Virus record (IMG/VR): IMGVR_UViG_3300032226_000620
Coordinates: 1-54,584 of that record
DNA length: 54,584 bases
Reading direction: 5' to 3' (one strand)
From: a virus
Lineage: Duplodnaviria; Caudoviricetes
The notes under the pieces were generated by a model that was given only the letters and a program-made list of their open reading frames with translations, was not told the DNA's origin and did no database searches. Positions 18,293 to 28,678 of this stretch are shown one piece after another; the stretch's first letter is position 1; every line of letters starts with the position of its first letter. The position numbers and the translations under genes were made by a program.

Positions 18293-19671
18293 ACAAGATA
18301 ACCGAGTGGCAAGAAAAAATTGAAGCAGTATCAGGAAGCAAAACTTTCTGTGTGCTTCCATGGATACACTTTGCTACTCGTCCTAACGGTGACATGCGGC
18401 TATGTTGTTCAGCTAATGCTAGCGGAGCTGGGGAGAACCATACTGTAGGCCTAGTAAAAAATGAACGGGGACAGCCAGCAAATTTTGGCCGTGAAACTCC
18501 TATGAGTGCTTGGAATAACGAATACATGAAAGATGTACGCCTGACCATGTTGGAGGGAAAGATACCTGCTAGCTGTAGTAAGTGTATTGCCGAAGAGTCT
18601 CGAGGGGTTGCTAGTAAGCGTATTTGGGAAACTGGTTCTTGGATGGAAGAAGGCATCGATGTTGAAGAACTTATTAAGCAAACTGAAGAAGATGGAACGG
18701 TTCCAGAGAAACTTGTTTATCTAGATTTGCGATTAGGGCATACTTGCAATTTAAAATGTGTTATGTGCAGCCCTCACGACAGTAGCCAATGGGTTGGAGA
18801 CCATAAAAAGATTTATCCTTTGTTTCAGGCTAAAGAACTTAAAGAACAAATGAGGTGGGACCGAAAGGAGTTCAATAACTTCTGGCATGAAAATCCAGAC
18901 TTCTGGAAAGAAATGTATGCACAAATTCCTAACTTAAAGCAAGTATACTTTGCGGGCGGAGAGCCATTAATGATTCGTGAGCATAAGTGGTTTTTAGAAG
19001 AAATTATTCGACAAGGGTATGCAGACAAAATACTCATTCGTTATAATACAAACGGTCTACTTATAGACGACAAAATTATTGACCTTTGGAAACAGTTCAA
19101 AAAAGTCAAGGTAGGGTTCAGCATCGATGCTATAGGAGACCGTAACTATTACATTCGCTATCCTAGTGATTGGGATACTATTGAAAAGAACCTGCACAAG
19201 TTAGACAACACTCCCGATAATATACAAGTTAGTATAGCAACAGCTATTCAGATACTAAACATCAAACACTTGGCTGAGTTTGCTCGTTGGAAGATTGAAC
19301 AAAATTTTAAGAAAGTTAATTTTGAAAACACAGTAGGAGGTATCCAGGCCGGTGGTGGAATTTTTAACATGCATTTATTGTACATCCCAACCTTCTTAAG
19401 TATTAGATTGTTACCTTTTGAAGATAAAGCAGAAGTACATAGAAGCTTTGACGAACTTGCTGTTTGGTTACACGCTAACTATAGACAAGACGAAGATTTC
19501 TGGAAACTAAATCCCTACGGATGGAAACGTTGGCAAGCTGTATTAGACTTTATGGATGCCGAAGATCATACATCTCAGTTGCCTGCTTTTAAAGAATACA
19601 TTGAAAATCTAGAAGCATTGCGCCAAACAGATTTTAAAAACACATTTCCAGAATTGTCTCACTTGATATGA
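18286..19671 (+). CDS. radical SAM protein with N-terminal twitch/SPASM-like domain
   Basis: FCVLPW..NGDMRLCC, CSKC, then CNLKCVMC, AGGEP, YNTNG. Confidence 0.9.
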   Translation: MVNKITEWQEKIEAVSGSKTFCVLPWIHFATRPNGDMRLCCSANASGAGENHTVGLVKNERGQPANFGRETPMSAWNNEYMKDVRLTMLEGKIPASCSKCIAEESRGVASKRIWETGSWMEEGIDVEELIKQTEEDGTVPEKLVYLDLRLGHTCNLKCVMCSPHDSSQWVGDHKKIYPLFQAKELKEQMRWDRKEFNNFWHENPDFWKEMYAQIPNLKQVYFAGGEPLMIREHKWFLEEIIRQGYADKILIRYNTNGLLIDDKIIDLWKQFKKVKVGFSIDAIGDRNYYIRYPSDWDTIEKNLHKLDNTPDNIQVSIATAIQILNIKHLAEFARWKIEQNFKKVNFENTVGGIQAGGGIFNMHLLYIPTFLSIRLLPFEDKAEVHRSFDELAVWLHANYRQDEDFWKLNPYGWKRWQAVLDFMDAEDHTSQLPAFKEYIENLEALRQTDFKNTFPELSHLI

Positions 19672-20645
19672 TAACACAGGTTATTAATTCTAGGTCTCCA
19701 GAGACACTGTACATACAATACATGATTGGAAACTTATGTAATTATAAATGTACCTATTGTTTTCCAGGAAGCAACGAAGGAGATTACCCCTGGCCTGATG
19801 TTAATTTAGTAATTAAAAATTTAGATCATTTAATCAACATATACAAACAACAGGGCAAGACTAAATTTGAGTTTTACATATTAGGTGGCGAACCTACTAT
19901 ATGGAAAGATTTGCCTTTGCTCTGTAAGCATCTAAAAGAAAATCATAATACAGTTATTCGTATTTCTACTAACGGCAGTAGATCAGTTAATTGGTGGTCG
20001 CGTAACATAAAATACTTTGATAGCATAGAAATATCAGTTCATCACGAGTTCTGCAAAGTTGAACATATTAAGGCAGTAGGAGATCTGATATACGACAGAA
20101 ACATCAAGGTAGTAGGCAATGTTTTAATGGATCCTATCAACTTTACAGATTGCCAAACTATTATAGAAGAATTAAAAGAAAGCAACAATGCGTGGCCTAT
20201 TATTTCCAAAGTAGTTCACTTTAATGGAGAAGTGCGTTATACTGATAGTGAGAAGGAATATTTTTTAGACCCTATTAAGCGTTGGCCCAACATGGATTGG
20301 TGGCACAGTTTACCTAACCACGAGCACAATGAAGTGTGGGTAGTAGACAACGATGAAAAGAAACTAGTTGAAGAAAACTGGTTTGCACTAAATGACAAGA
20401 ATAGATTTAAAGGTTGGAGTTGCAATCTTGGAGTCGACTATTTTGAAATATATCAAGACGGCACAATTAGAGGAACTTGCCAACAGTCTGTTTATAACAC
20501 ACTAACAAAATACAGTGTTTACGATATAAACTTTATTGATAAATTTATTCCTAATATACAGCCTGTGATATGTGGCAAGGAACAGTGCATATGTGCCGGA
20601 GAAACTACTATAGATAAGAAAGTTATACCGATACAATTGGCATAA
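19668..20645 (+). CDS. radical SAM protein
   Basis: CNYKCTYC, LGGEPT, STNG, C-terminal CNLG...C...CxxxxCxC. Confidence 0.9.
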   Translation: MITQVINSRSPETLYIQYMIGNLCNYKCTYCFPGSNEGDYPWPDVNLVIKNLDHLINIYKQQGKTKFEFYILGGEPTIWKDLPLLCKHLKENHNTVIRISTNGSRSVNWWSRNIKYFDSIEISVHHEFCKVEHIKAVGDLIYDRNIKVVGNVLMDPINFTDCQTIIEELKESNNAWPIISKVVHFNGEVRYTDSEKEYFLDPIKRWPNMDWWHSLPNHEHNEVWVVDNDEKKLVEENWFALNDKNRFKGWSCNLGVDYFEIYQDGTIRGTCQQSVYNTLTKYSVYDINFIDKFIPNIQPVICGKEQCICAGETTIDKKVIPIQLA

Positions 20646-21717
20646 TAGTAGTAGAGCTCCATAGCTGTTTAAAGTCGTTGAAGTCTCGAGCTTTGGGCAC
20701 ACACATACCACAGCCGCATCTTTGATTAGGACATATAATCGGCCTAACTGAGCCTGATAACATATTCTGGACTTGATTAAGTATTGCATCAGAATTGTTT
20801 AGATTCCCAATCGGACCTCGACCAGTATGAGTTGCCTGACAAGTTTGATGATGAAACACATCTCCAGACTTTTGATCAATGTGTAAAAAATACCAGTTAA
20901 CAGTGCAGTACCAATTTTTGAACCAGTTGTCTACAAGTTTAACTTCTTGCCATTTATTATCAACCAATCCTTCAGTGCATCTTCCGCCACAACAGGCACG
21001 ACCAATATTAGTTCCTTCAACAGACTGATTTACTTTGCAAGATTGCCCCATCCAACTATAAAACCATTCTTGTTGTTTCTCTGTGTACTCGTGGCTGGTT
21101 CTGCGGTTAGTGCCATCTGCATCTACAAACCAACCTTTGCGCAATACATTTCCATCGCCTATCGGAACCGGATTAACTTTAACTCCTTGGCTTCTTAACA
21201 TTTCACATAGTGTAGTAGCTTCTTCAAAGTAATCACAATGCAACATAATGTTTGCCTGAAGTCCTATATTGAATTTGTTTAGTTCTAATATGTTAGTAAC
21301 TGTTCGTTGTTTAAGAGGATCTTCGGCATGCCAACTAATTGTAACATGAGAAAAATTATCTAATATGCGCTGTGTAAAATTAGGACCCCAAGTTCCATTA
21401 GTGGTAAGACTGAGTCTAAATTCATCATACTGTTTAACATAATCAATAAATGGCCAAAATGCAGGATTTATAGTTGGCTCGCCACCAGTGAAATCTATGT
21501 TAGTTCCAACCTTGTCTACTCTCAAATTATTATATAATTGTACATAGTCTTTTACAAAATTAAAAGTAGTTATTAATTCTTTCAGGTCGGGTAACTCACT
21601 GGTATTGTCGTGCCTGGTGCTTTCGCAATAGGTACAATCTAAATTGCACCTACGAACTATGTCCCAAGTAACCATTAAGGATTCAGGATTTTTAAGTCGA
21701 ATGGCTGTTGTTTGCAT
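20623..21717 (-). CDS. radical SAM protein
   Basis: CNLDCTYC, TGGEPT, TTNG, additional CCGGRC and CPNQRCGCGMC clusters. Confidence 0.9.
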   Translation of the reverse strand: MQTTAIRLKNPESLMVTWDIVRRCNLDCTYCESTRHDNTSELPDLKELITTFNFVKDYVQLYNNLRVDKVGTNIDFTGGEPTINPAFWPFIDYVKQYDEFRLSLTTNGTWGPNFTQRILDNFSHVTISWHAEDPLKQRTVTNILELNKFNIGLQANIMLHCDYFEEATTLCEMLRSQGVKVNPVPIGDGNVLRKGWFVDADGTNRRTSHEYTEKQQEWFYSWMGQSCKVNQSVEGTNIGRACCGGRCTEGLVDNKWQEVKLVDNWFKNWYCTVNWYFLHIDQKSGDVFHHQTCQATHTGRGPIGNLNNSDAILNQVQNMLSGSVRPIICPNQRCGCGMCVPKARDFNDFKQLWSSTTIMPIVSV

Positions 21718-22591
21718 ATTTTGTTAGTGGAATATCTGCGGCACAGGTGCAAAAATCTCGAGTACATACAATAGAATCTTTAGGAATAGTAAATGTGCCG
21801 TGATAGATATTGCCAAGACTACCGCCGACTCGACAAGTGGCACGATGTACATCACCGTCCCAATTTATCATTAGGCTTTCTATCCCCGCATTGCAAGACC
21901 ACCCTTTGTACTGATTGCGATTTAGTTTGATTATATCGTTGGCATGTATGATTTCTTCGTCATCTATGATACAGTTTCCTTTGATGGTGGCTTCTTTTGA
22001 TTTAATCCACTGTAGGTCTTTTATATCATATCGCATGTCGTCGAATAAATCGTGATCGCCTTCAGTCCATCGTATTCTTCTAATAGCATAGGGAATGCTT
22101 TCACCATCTAATCTTCCAGTAGCAGTCAATACATCTTTCATATGCTTGTGGTGAGCCATGATATTAACCATGATATTTTTATTCATGGTTCCTAATATTT
22201 CTATAGTATTAACAACTCTCATCCAATCGTATTCAAAGTGTACACTGAACACATATTGATCTACGGGTAACTGATCATACCATTCGGCTTTTCGCGTACC
22301 ATTAGTAGTAACACTGATCCAACTTATGCCTTTTTCTTTTGCATAGACTATTAAATCTTCAAAGTGTGGATGTACAGTTGGTTCCCCGCCAGTAAAACTT
22401 AAACGAATAGGCTTGCCCAGTGTCACTAGTTTATCGATTGATGATTTAAGTAAATTTATATCAGTATGTGGACTCGAATTATCGTGGATAATAGATGGAC
22501 AATATGTACAGTCGTAGTTACAGCGTTTGCCAAGATTCCATTCAATTTTAATATTAGCTTGATGCGGCCAGCGACTAGTGACTTTAAACAT
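21692..22591 (-). CDS. radical SAM protein (MoaA/QueE-like core, twitch C-terminus)
   Basis: CNYDCTYC, TGGEPT, TTNG, CNAG...C...CTRDFCTC. Confidence 0.9.
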   Translation of the reverse strand: MFKVTSRWPHQANIKIEWNLGKRCNYDCTYCPSIIHDNSSPHTDINLLKSSIDKLVTLGKPIRLSFTGGEPTVHPHFEDLIVYAKEKGISWISVTTNGTRKAEWYDQLPVDQYVFSVHFEYDWMRVVNTIEILGTMNKNIMVNIMAHHKHMKDVLTATGRLDGESIPYAIRRIRWTEGDHDLFDDMRYDIKDLQWIKSKEATIKGNCIIDDEEIIHANDIIKLNRNQYKGWSCNAGIESLMINWDGDVHRATCRVGGSLGNIYHGTFTIPKDSIVCTRDFCTCAADIPLTKYANNSHST

Positions 22592-23837
22592 ACGGCTTAA
22601 ACTCTGGCATCACTTTAAACAAACTTTGATTACGGGTGGCATCTAATGCATGATTAAAATCTAAAAAATCTTGCCACAAATTGCATTGGTCTTTAGATTG
22701 TAAGTAGTTAATATTATCCTGTATTTGTTGATGTGTTATCTTGCCTAACAGCGGATTTTTTTTGACTGCTTGCCAACTGTCCACCTGAGATTTTACTGCC
22801 AGTAGTTTTGTGATAGCTAGTGCTTTTAAATCATTTGGCAATACCTGTGCTGACAAGCAATTAGGATAGCTAACACGATGACTATAGAATACAATGTCCA
22901 TGGTGTTAATAAAGTAATCAATACATTCTGCGGCCTGCAAGATATTACCGGCTTGTGCTGTAAAGGCTCCAACAACTCGACTTACATTTGGTATCTTTTT
23001 TATTTCTTTAATATTTTCTTCAACCTGATTAAAATCACCGTTACCGCGTATGTAGTTGTAAACATCGTGAATGCCGTCAATGCTGACATTAACGGCAACG
23101 CTTCTAAAATGAGGCCAATAGTCATGTATAGTCCTTCCTTGACTTATGCCAAGTGTTGTACCATTTGTGGCGTACTTAATTTCGATGTCCTTGCCGTGGG
23201 GTTTCAGCATGTCGAGTATTCGATAATGCTGCGGATCCATCAAAGGCTCACCGCCTGCAAACTCCACACGACGGAAGTGCGGCAATAGTTTTTCAAAACT
23301 TTCCCACCAATTATCGCTATCGTCAAACGGACCAATATATTGTCCAGGTTTAGTTACTAATCGTTCTACTGTAGGAACTAGATAATTGTTTTCTTTTTTG
23401 TAAAACGGAACAACTTTATCCCAGTCCTTCCAGTTGGTACTATCTAATGGGTTACACATACGGCATTTCAAATTACAAAGATTATTAAGTTTTATCTCCA
23501 TAGTTGGAAACTCAAATGGTAGCACTTCTTCTAGTACTACATTAGGGTATAAGTTAATTCGTGCTTCTGGAATAACACCATTAATATGTCGTTGGCGTAG
23601 ACTTTCTACGCCTTGGTCTTCTAAATCAAAACAAGGTTTGCAAACTGCTGGCCGTTCCCCATTTAAAATTTGCCTACGAACTTCACGGATCTGGGGTCCG
23701 TTCCAAATGTTTTCTAAAGAGTCATCCTGTATCCAGCCAACAGGTTGACTACGACAGCATACTTTAACAGCACCGTCTTCTCTAGTTGCCAATCCTGTAA
23801 AAGGATGCATACAAAATGTTTTACTTTGATTGTTCAA
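22584..23837 (-). CDS. radical SAM protein with N-terminal twitch-like domain
   Basis: FCMHPF...VCC, CKPC, CNLKCRMC, AGGEP, ATNG; start placed at TTG 23837 (the ORF-track extension overlaps the upstream gene); paralog of 18286..19671. Confidence 0.9.
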   Translation of the reverse strand: MNNQSKTFCMHPFTGLATREDGAVKVCCRSQPVGWIQDDSLENIWNGPQIREVRRQILNGERPAVCKPCFDLEDQGVESLRQRHINGVIPEARINLYPNVVLEEVLPFEFPTMEIKLNNLCNLKCRMCNPLDSTNWKDWDKVVPFYKKENNYLVPTVERLVTKPGQYIGPFDDSDNWWESFEKLLPHFRRVEFAGGEPLMDPQHYRILDMLKPHGKDIEIKYATNGTTLGISQGRTIHDYWPHFRSVAVNVSIDGIHDVYNYIRGNGDFNQVEENIKEIKKIPNVSRVVGAFTAQAGNILQAAECIDYFINTMDIVFYSHRVSYPNCLSAQVLPNDLKALAITKLLAVKSQVDSWQAVKKNPLLGKITHQQIQDNINYLQSKDQCNLWQDFLDFNHALDATRNQSLFKVMPEFKPYV

Positions 23838-24501
23838 TTGCCCACTCTCGTTCTTTACACCAGAAACATTTCTTACACACAGGAACATGTTGTCCGGGTG
23901 TATATGTGGTATAATTTATATCTTCAAATTCCCCTTCACAACTACGAGTTAAATTTAATAGGTCCTGGATATTATATTTGTGATATTGTTTGATGATCCA
24001 GTCTTTTTTGATGTACACAAACGGATGACAAATATCAATACCGTTATGTACAAAGTGTGGAGGTATGTGCCCTTCATCCCTGTCATTTAATGATCCTTCG
24101 ATTTTAATATCTGGATTCTTATTGATCCCACCGTATAGCGCATCAAGTTTGTATTTGTGTGCAACATACTCATTGTGCGATCTTAATATAATTTGATTAC
24201 CACTTTTTAATTTTCCATATTCGTCTATAATAGTTGGGCCTTTATCACCCCACTCTAATTCCGACGGTATCAAATTTCTATGTAGATAAAAATTATTTTT
24301 AAATCTATTCTTAAACCAATCAATAACATTATCGGCTACATGTTCTTGCCATGGGCGTGTTTTCCAAAGCCTTACTTGATTAGTAAAATGGATATCGGCA
24401 TCGGTATTAGAACATATTAAGTATGATAACAAGGCACTATCGGCCCCACCGCTGATGCTAATGCCAATTCTTGTCCATTGTGGGTTTAGATATAGGTCCA
24501 T
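23821..24501 (-). CDS. QueC-like PP-loop adenine-nucleotide alpha-hydrolase
   Basis: ISGGADSA PP-loop, PFVYIKKDWI, TRSC...CKKCFWCKER Zn motif; start moved to ATG 24501 behind a TAAATA motif. Confidence 0.75.
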   Translation of the reverse strand: MDLYLNPQWTRIGISISGGADSALLSYLICSNTDADIHFTNQVRLWKTRPWQEHVADNVIDWFKNRFKNNFYLHRNLIPSELEWGDKGPTIIDEYGKLKSGNQIILRSHNEYVAHKYKLDALYGGINKNPDIKIEGSLNDRDEGHIPPHFVHNGIDICHPFVYIKKDWIIKQYHKYNIQDLLNLTRSCEGEFEDINYTTYTPGQHVPVCKKCFWCKEREWAIEQSK

Positions 24502-24541
24502 GATATATTTAAGTGAGTTATAGTAGCACATAAATATTTCC
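24502..24541. promoter_or_regulatory. back-to-back late-type promoters (TAAATA) for divergent leaderless genes
   Basis: Minus strand TTAAATATATC-ATG; plus strand ATAAATATTTCC-ATG. Confidence 0.55.
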
Positions 24542-25222
24542 ATGTATAAAAAAATGATCACTAAACAAATCTGGCAATGCCCAAAAGGACTAATTGAACA
24601 AGCATTAACAGAATTTCCCATTACAGAAAGTGTTGTACTTAATGAGTCTAACGGTGATTTCTTTTACGATAGTTGGAAAATTAAAGATTTATACAAAGAC
24701 ACAATTTGGCAACATGTTTTAGATACATTGCCTATGTCTATTGGACAGGCTCGCATTATAAAAATGGAGCCTGGAGAAAGCTATATGGCACATGCCGACA
24801 TAGACAATCGTTGGCATTTAAACCTAACAGGCGAGCAGGCATACTTGATTGACTTAGATGAAAAGATCATGTACGAGTGTGTCAGAGATAACCACTGGTC
24901 TTATATGGATGCCAGCCGTATACATGCGGCCACTAACTATGGATCAATTCCACGCCTACAATTAGTAGTTCGTGAACCATTACGCTGTAGTCGTCAACCT
25001 GTTGACCTAGTTAGTATTAGCATGGAAGCCGCATATGAACAACACGACTTTAGATACAAGTTTGATAAAGTGTTCAGTCCGTTTTTAAATCGTGCTAACT
25101 GGGCATACAAATTGGCAAATTTCGCACACACGACATCTACATTGTCATTTAAACTAGAACGCGAACTACTAGAAGAGTTTGAAAAATTAATCACACCGGA
25201 GTTTAAAGTTACCTATGCTTAA
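24542..25222 (+). CDS. AspH-like cupin oxygenase
   Basis: ARIIKMEPGESYMAHAD.DNRWH...IHAATNYG..RLQLVV. Confidence 0.75.
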   Translation: MYKKMITKQIWQCPKGLIEQALTEFPITESVVLNESNGDFFYDSWKIKDLYKDTIWQHVLDTLPMSIGQARIIKMEPGESYMAHADIDNRWHLNLTGEQAYLIDLDEKIMYECVRDNHWSYMDASRIHAATNYGSIPRLQLVVREPLRCSRQPVDLVSISMEAAYEQHDFRYKFDKVFSPFLNRANWAYKLANFAHTTSTLSFKLERELLEEFEKLITPEFKVTYA

Positions 25223-25661
25223 AGTTGGCATTACAGGAACTACTCGTGGACTTGGTAAAGCATTACACGATCACTTTGTTAACAAAGGATGTTGGGTAAT
25301 AGCTTTTAACAGAGGATCGGATATTGTAAGTGGTGCTGTGGGGTGCGACTTGTTCATCAATAATACCTATGGTATACAAACAGATTTACTTAACCAGCTG
25401 TATGCAAGTGTTGGCAAGATGGTTGTTATGGGCAGTATAGTCACAGACTTTCCTGATCCAGAAATGCCAGAGTACACAGATCATAAATCACAATTAGAAC
25501 AAAGAGTGTTGGATCTTAATAATCCCAACATACTATTATTAAAATTATCCAGTACTGCTTATAATGATTCGCAAATTGTTATCAATGCCATAGAGTACTG
25601 GCTAGAAAATCCGTTAGTCAATGTTATATCCTTTAGAGCTACCGGAGCACCTAACAGATGA
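25215..25661 (+). CDS. short truncated SDR-like oxidoreductase
   Basis: ITGTTRGLGKAL, DLFINN, VMGS. Confidence 0.7.
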   Translation: MLKVGITGTTRGLGKALHDHFVNKGCWVIAFNRGSDIVSGAVGCDLFINNTYGIQTDLLNQLYASVGKMVVMGSIVTDFPDPEMPEYTDHKSQLEQRVLDLNNPNILLLKLSSTAYNDSQIVINAIEYWLENPLVNVISFRATGAPNR

Positions 25662-26260
25662 AAATGGTAATCACTGGCCATACCTGGGGTATAGGCAAAG
25701 CCTTATATAACAGTTTTAAGTCTGCCGAATGGGAAGTTGTTGGGTTGAGTCGCAGTAATGGCTATGACATCGACGCAGACTTTGATCGTGTGGTAGAAGC
25801 CGCAATAGGTGCTGACTTGTTTATCAACAATGCTTACCGTGACCGACAACAGACTCGGCTAGTTCACGCATTAAAGAATAAAGTAGGTAAGATGATTGTT
25901 ATGGGTAGCGTAAGTAGACATTACCCAGAGCTTATACATACCGATTATGTACACGATAAACAAGAGCTAGCAGAAGCTTGTAGGCTTATCAGTATAGACC
26001 CCAATGGTATTGATGTGCTACATCTAGATCTAAGTTTTATAGAAGGACAAGATCCAGACCCCAACAAGCCAACTGATTTTATAAGTGATTATAATATACA
26101 ATATGAAGAAATTATCAACGCCGTTGATTTTTGGATGACTAATCCTAAGATCAGACAAATGGAATTTAGGTGGAAATTGACTCCATTTGTTTATAATCAA
26201 CTTAAACAGGCTTTCCCAACATTAGACTCATCTAGAATACAGTATGAATCAAAAAATTAA
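25658..26260 (+). CDS. SDR-like oxidoreductase
   Basis: ITGHTWGIG, DLFINNA, VMGS, YVHDK (YxxxK); tandem paralog. Confidence 0.7.
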   Translation: MKMVITGHTWGIGKALYNSFKSAEWEVVGLSRSNGYDIDADFDRVVEAAIGADLFINNAYRDRQQTRLVHALKNKVGKMIVMGSVSRHYPELIHTDYVHDKQELAEACRLISIDPNGIDVLHLDLSFIEGQDPDPNKPTDFISDYNIQYEEIINAVDFWMTNPKIRQMEFRWKLTPFVYNQLKQAFPTLDSSRIQYESKN

Positions 26261-27182
26261 ACTTGACACTTACCTATCAGTAGTGGTCAATAATATATGT
26301 AATCTTACCTGCAGTCATTGTGGCGGACTAGCCTGTTACGACTTTACTGGTAATTTTGCCTGGAAGGATAGTGCCGAACGCTGGGAAAAATGGGCCGAAT
26401 ATTTAGACACAGACAACATTGCCTTTGCTGGCGGCGAGATGTTCCTTCATCCTAACTTAGATGAATGGTTTTTAAATATGAGACGCCTATGGCCATATGC
26501 ACATATAGAAATACCAACCAACGGTTCTAAATTAATTAAGCGTAAAGATTTGGCACATCTTATTATGAAAGACGGCAACGCACACCTACGAGTATCATGT
26601 CACTACGAATCAGAGGATGAATACCAAAAATTAAAGAAAAATATACTAGAAGTTCTTGAGCCTTGGATCAATGAGTTACGAGTAGTCGATGAAGAATACA
26701 TTCCTAACAAACAAAACAGATCAACATCATACTATGTTGGCAACAATCGTATCTTAAGATACGAACATTTTATACACTTCTTTCAACCATATCATCATCA
26801 TGTTGAAAATGGTACTGTGTATTTTCATATGGGTGGAGATCAAGAAGAAAGTTTTAAACTGTGTGTATGGCATAGCGAGTACAATATTCAACATGGCATC
26901 ATGTATCATTGTCCGGCTGTAACAAATTATCCTGAGGCAAAACATCAAGTAAAATATGTACCTGAAGCACAGGAAATTTTAGAAAAGTATAAGGCTTGTG
27001 ATCCGTTAGACGGGTACGATCGTGTGTATCAATTTATAGAACATGAGTTAAAACAGTCAATTGAAGTTTGTAAGTTATGTGCCTTTGACAAACAAAAAGA
27101 TACTCAACTTCCTAATATAAAATTTACTCTCGATCCAAACTTTAAAAAGAAGTTTAGAAATATTCCAATTAAAGCCATCTAG
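26244..27182 (+). CDS. radical SAM protein
   Basis: CNLTCSHC, AGGE, PTNG, C-terminal C...C...CKLC. Confidence 0.9.
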   Translation: MNQKIKLDTYLSVVVNNICNLTCSHCGGLACYDFTGNFAWKDSAERWEKWAEYLDTDNIAFAGGEMFLHPNLDEWFLNMRRLWPYAHIEIPTNGSKLIKRKDLAHLIMKDGNAHLRVSCHYESEDEYQKLKKNILEVLEPWINELRVVDEEYIPNKQNRSTSYYVGNNRILRYEHFIHFFQPYHHHVENGTVYFHMGGDQEESFKLCVWHSEYNIQHGIMYHCPAVTNYPEAKHQVKYVPEAQEILEKYKACDPLDGYDRVYQFIEHELKQSIEVCKLCAFDKQKDTQLPNIKFTLDPNFKKKFRNIPIKAI

Positions 27183-27720
27183 GATAGCGTTCTAGATTAG
27201 CAAGAAATTTTTCCGGATGTATACGCCAAACTGTTTGATCCGTACTACGATAATTCAGTTCGCATACACGCTCTACAATACCTAGTTTAGCCAATGTAGG
27301 AAAGTAATGTCTATGCACCAGGCGTTGACTTGCTACTGTGCTTTCATTGCTGGTAGCATACAGTTCACCTTTTGCCCATTCGATACATGTAGGAAGTAAA
27401 AACTGATCTGTCAAGTTTTGATGTTCAGCAATTAATTTCTTAGGAGTGATGAGACCACTATTCTTCCTTGCGGTACCAAATGTACAAGTACGAGCCAGTA
27501 CACGATAAGCATTTGGTCCCATCGGTGTAAAAGAATGTGCAGCCACGCTACCAACGGCCTTAGAGTCTTGATACAGTATCCACACTTGTTTTTCAAGTTC
27601 ATTGTCAAAGCAATCAATCATTGCCTTTTGACTAGCATTATTAACAAAGCCTCGACTAGCAGCCTCTTTGTAGAAATCATCTAAGTCCAAGGACTCTGAC
27701 CATTTAACGACGGTGTACAT
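27169..27720 (-). CDS. hypothetical protein, possible GNAT-like fold
   Basis: WILYQDSKAVGSVAAH...YRVLARTC; fold guess only. Confidence 0.5.
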   Translation of the reverse strand: MYTVVKWSESLDLDDFYKEAASRGFVNNASQKAMIDCFDNELEKQVWILYQDSKAVGSVAAHSFTPMGPNAYRVLARTCTFGTARKNSGLITPKKLIAEHQNLTDQFLLPTCIEWAKGELYATSNESTVASQRLVHRHYFPTLAKLGIVERVCELNYRSTDQTVWRIHPEKFLANLERYPRWL

Positions 27721-28678
27721 GTATTACATCTTCTTTATTTCTGTTAAAATGACTTGTGCCGCACATATCGCACTCTGATATAGAACAGTATTTGGTAGCA
27801 TGGAATTGCATTACTTCTTCATCAGTACATGTTTCTAGATCTAGGTATTTGTAGTTTAGATACTTTTGCCAATCTGGGTCATCTAGGCTTTCGTGAAATT
27901 CTAGAAATCTCTCTAGCGTTCCTAATGCCGAACACTTGTACAATTTTTTGTCTATCATAAAACTACACATTGGACTACTACAACCGTCCTTGTACGATAA
28001 TGCAGGGTCGTTAGTCATGAAGGGTTTAGGTTTTCCGTCCTGCATATAATGATGCATTTTAAAATCAGTCTGAGGTCTAAAATGTACAAAAATCTTATCA
28101 TTATGATAATAATTGTCAACCGGTTGTTCGCCAAGAAAATACTCACCTTGCCTGACAATCCAAGCGTCAAGATAGGGATCGTTTCTAGGGTTGTCTAGTC
28201 TTAACAATTTACTTAAAAATATATTTGCGTCGCCTTTGTCCAACTGTAGCCGACTAACTAATTGATCCACACTTTCAGTGATCTTAGTTGTCATCTTAGG
28301 GTCAAAGGCCGCAAAGTGATCACATACAAATAAACTGGTTTCGTATGTGGTCATCATGTCCACTACTTCATCTATTTTTTTAGACAGCAAAGTGCCATTT
28401 GTAGAAACCTGTATTTTTGCTGTCGGATCTATTTTTCTTATATGAGCTAGGATAATTTTAATTTTATCTAGATAGTACAAAGGTTCCCCACCGATAAAAC
28501 TGTAAAGATCAATATCAAACTTTTCTTTTGCTAGGGTAACACCTTCGAGAATAGTATCAATGTCTGGATCAGTTTCGGTGGTTCTAATGATGTCACTTCG
28601 AGTGTCGCAGTGCCTGCAGGCTAGGTTACATTTAGTACCATAGTAAATATCAAACATTTTAATATACGGTTTAGTCAT
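27704..28678 (-). CDS. radical SAM protein
   Basis: CNLACRHC, IGGEP, STNG, C-terminal C...KLYKC...CDMC; start at ATG 28678. Confidence 0.9.
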   Translation of the reverse strand: MTKPYIKMFDIYYGTKCNLACRHCDTRSDIIRTTETDPDIDTILEGVTLAKEKFDIDLYSFIGGEPLYYLDKIKIILAHIRKIDPTAKIQVSTNGTLLSKKIDEVVDMMTTYETSLFVCDHFAAFDPKMTTKITESVDQLVSRLQLDKGDANIFLSKLLRLDNPRNDPYLDAWIVRQGEYFLGEQPVDNYYHNDKIFVHFRPQTDFKMHHYMQDGKPKPFMTNDPALSYKDGCSSPMCSFMIDKKLYKCSALGTLERFLEFHESLDDPDWQKYLNYKYLDLETCTDEEVMQFHATKYCSISECDMCGTSHFNRNKEDVIHVHRR

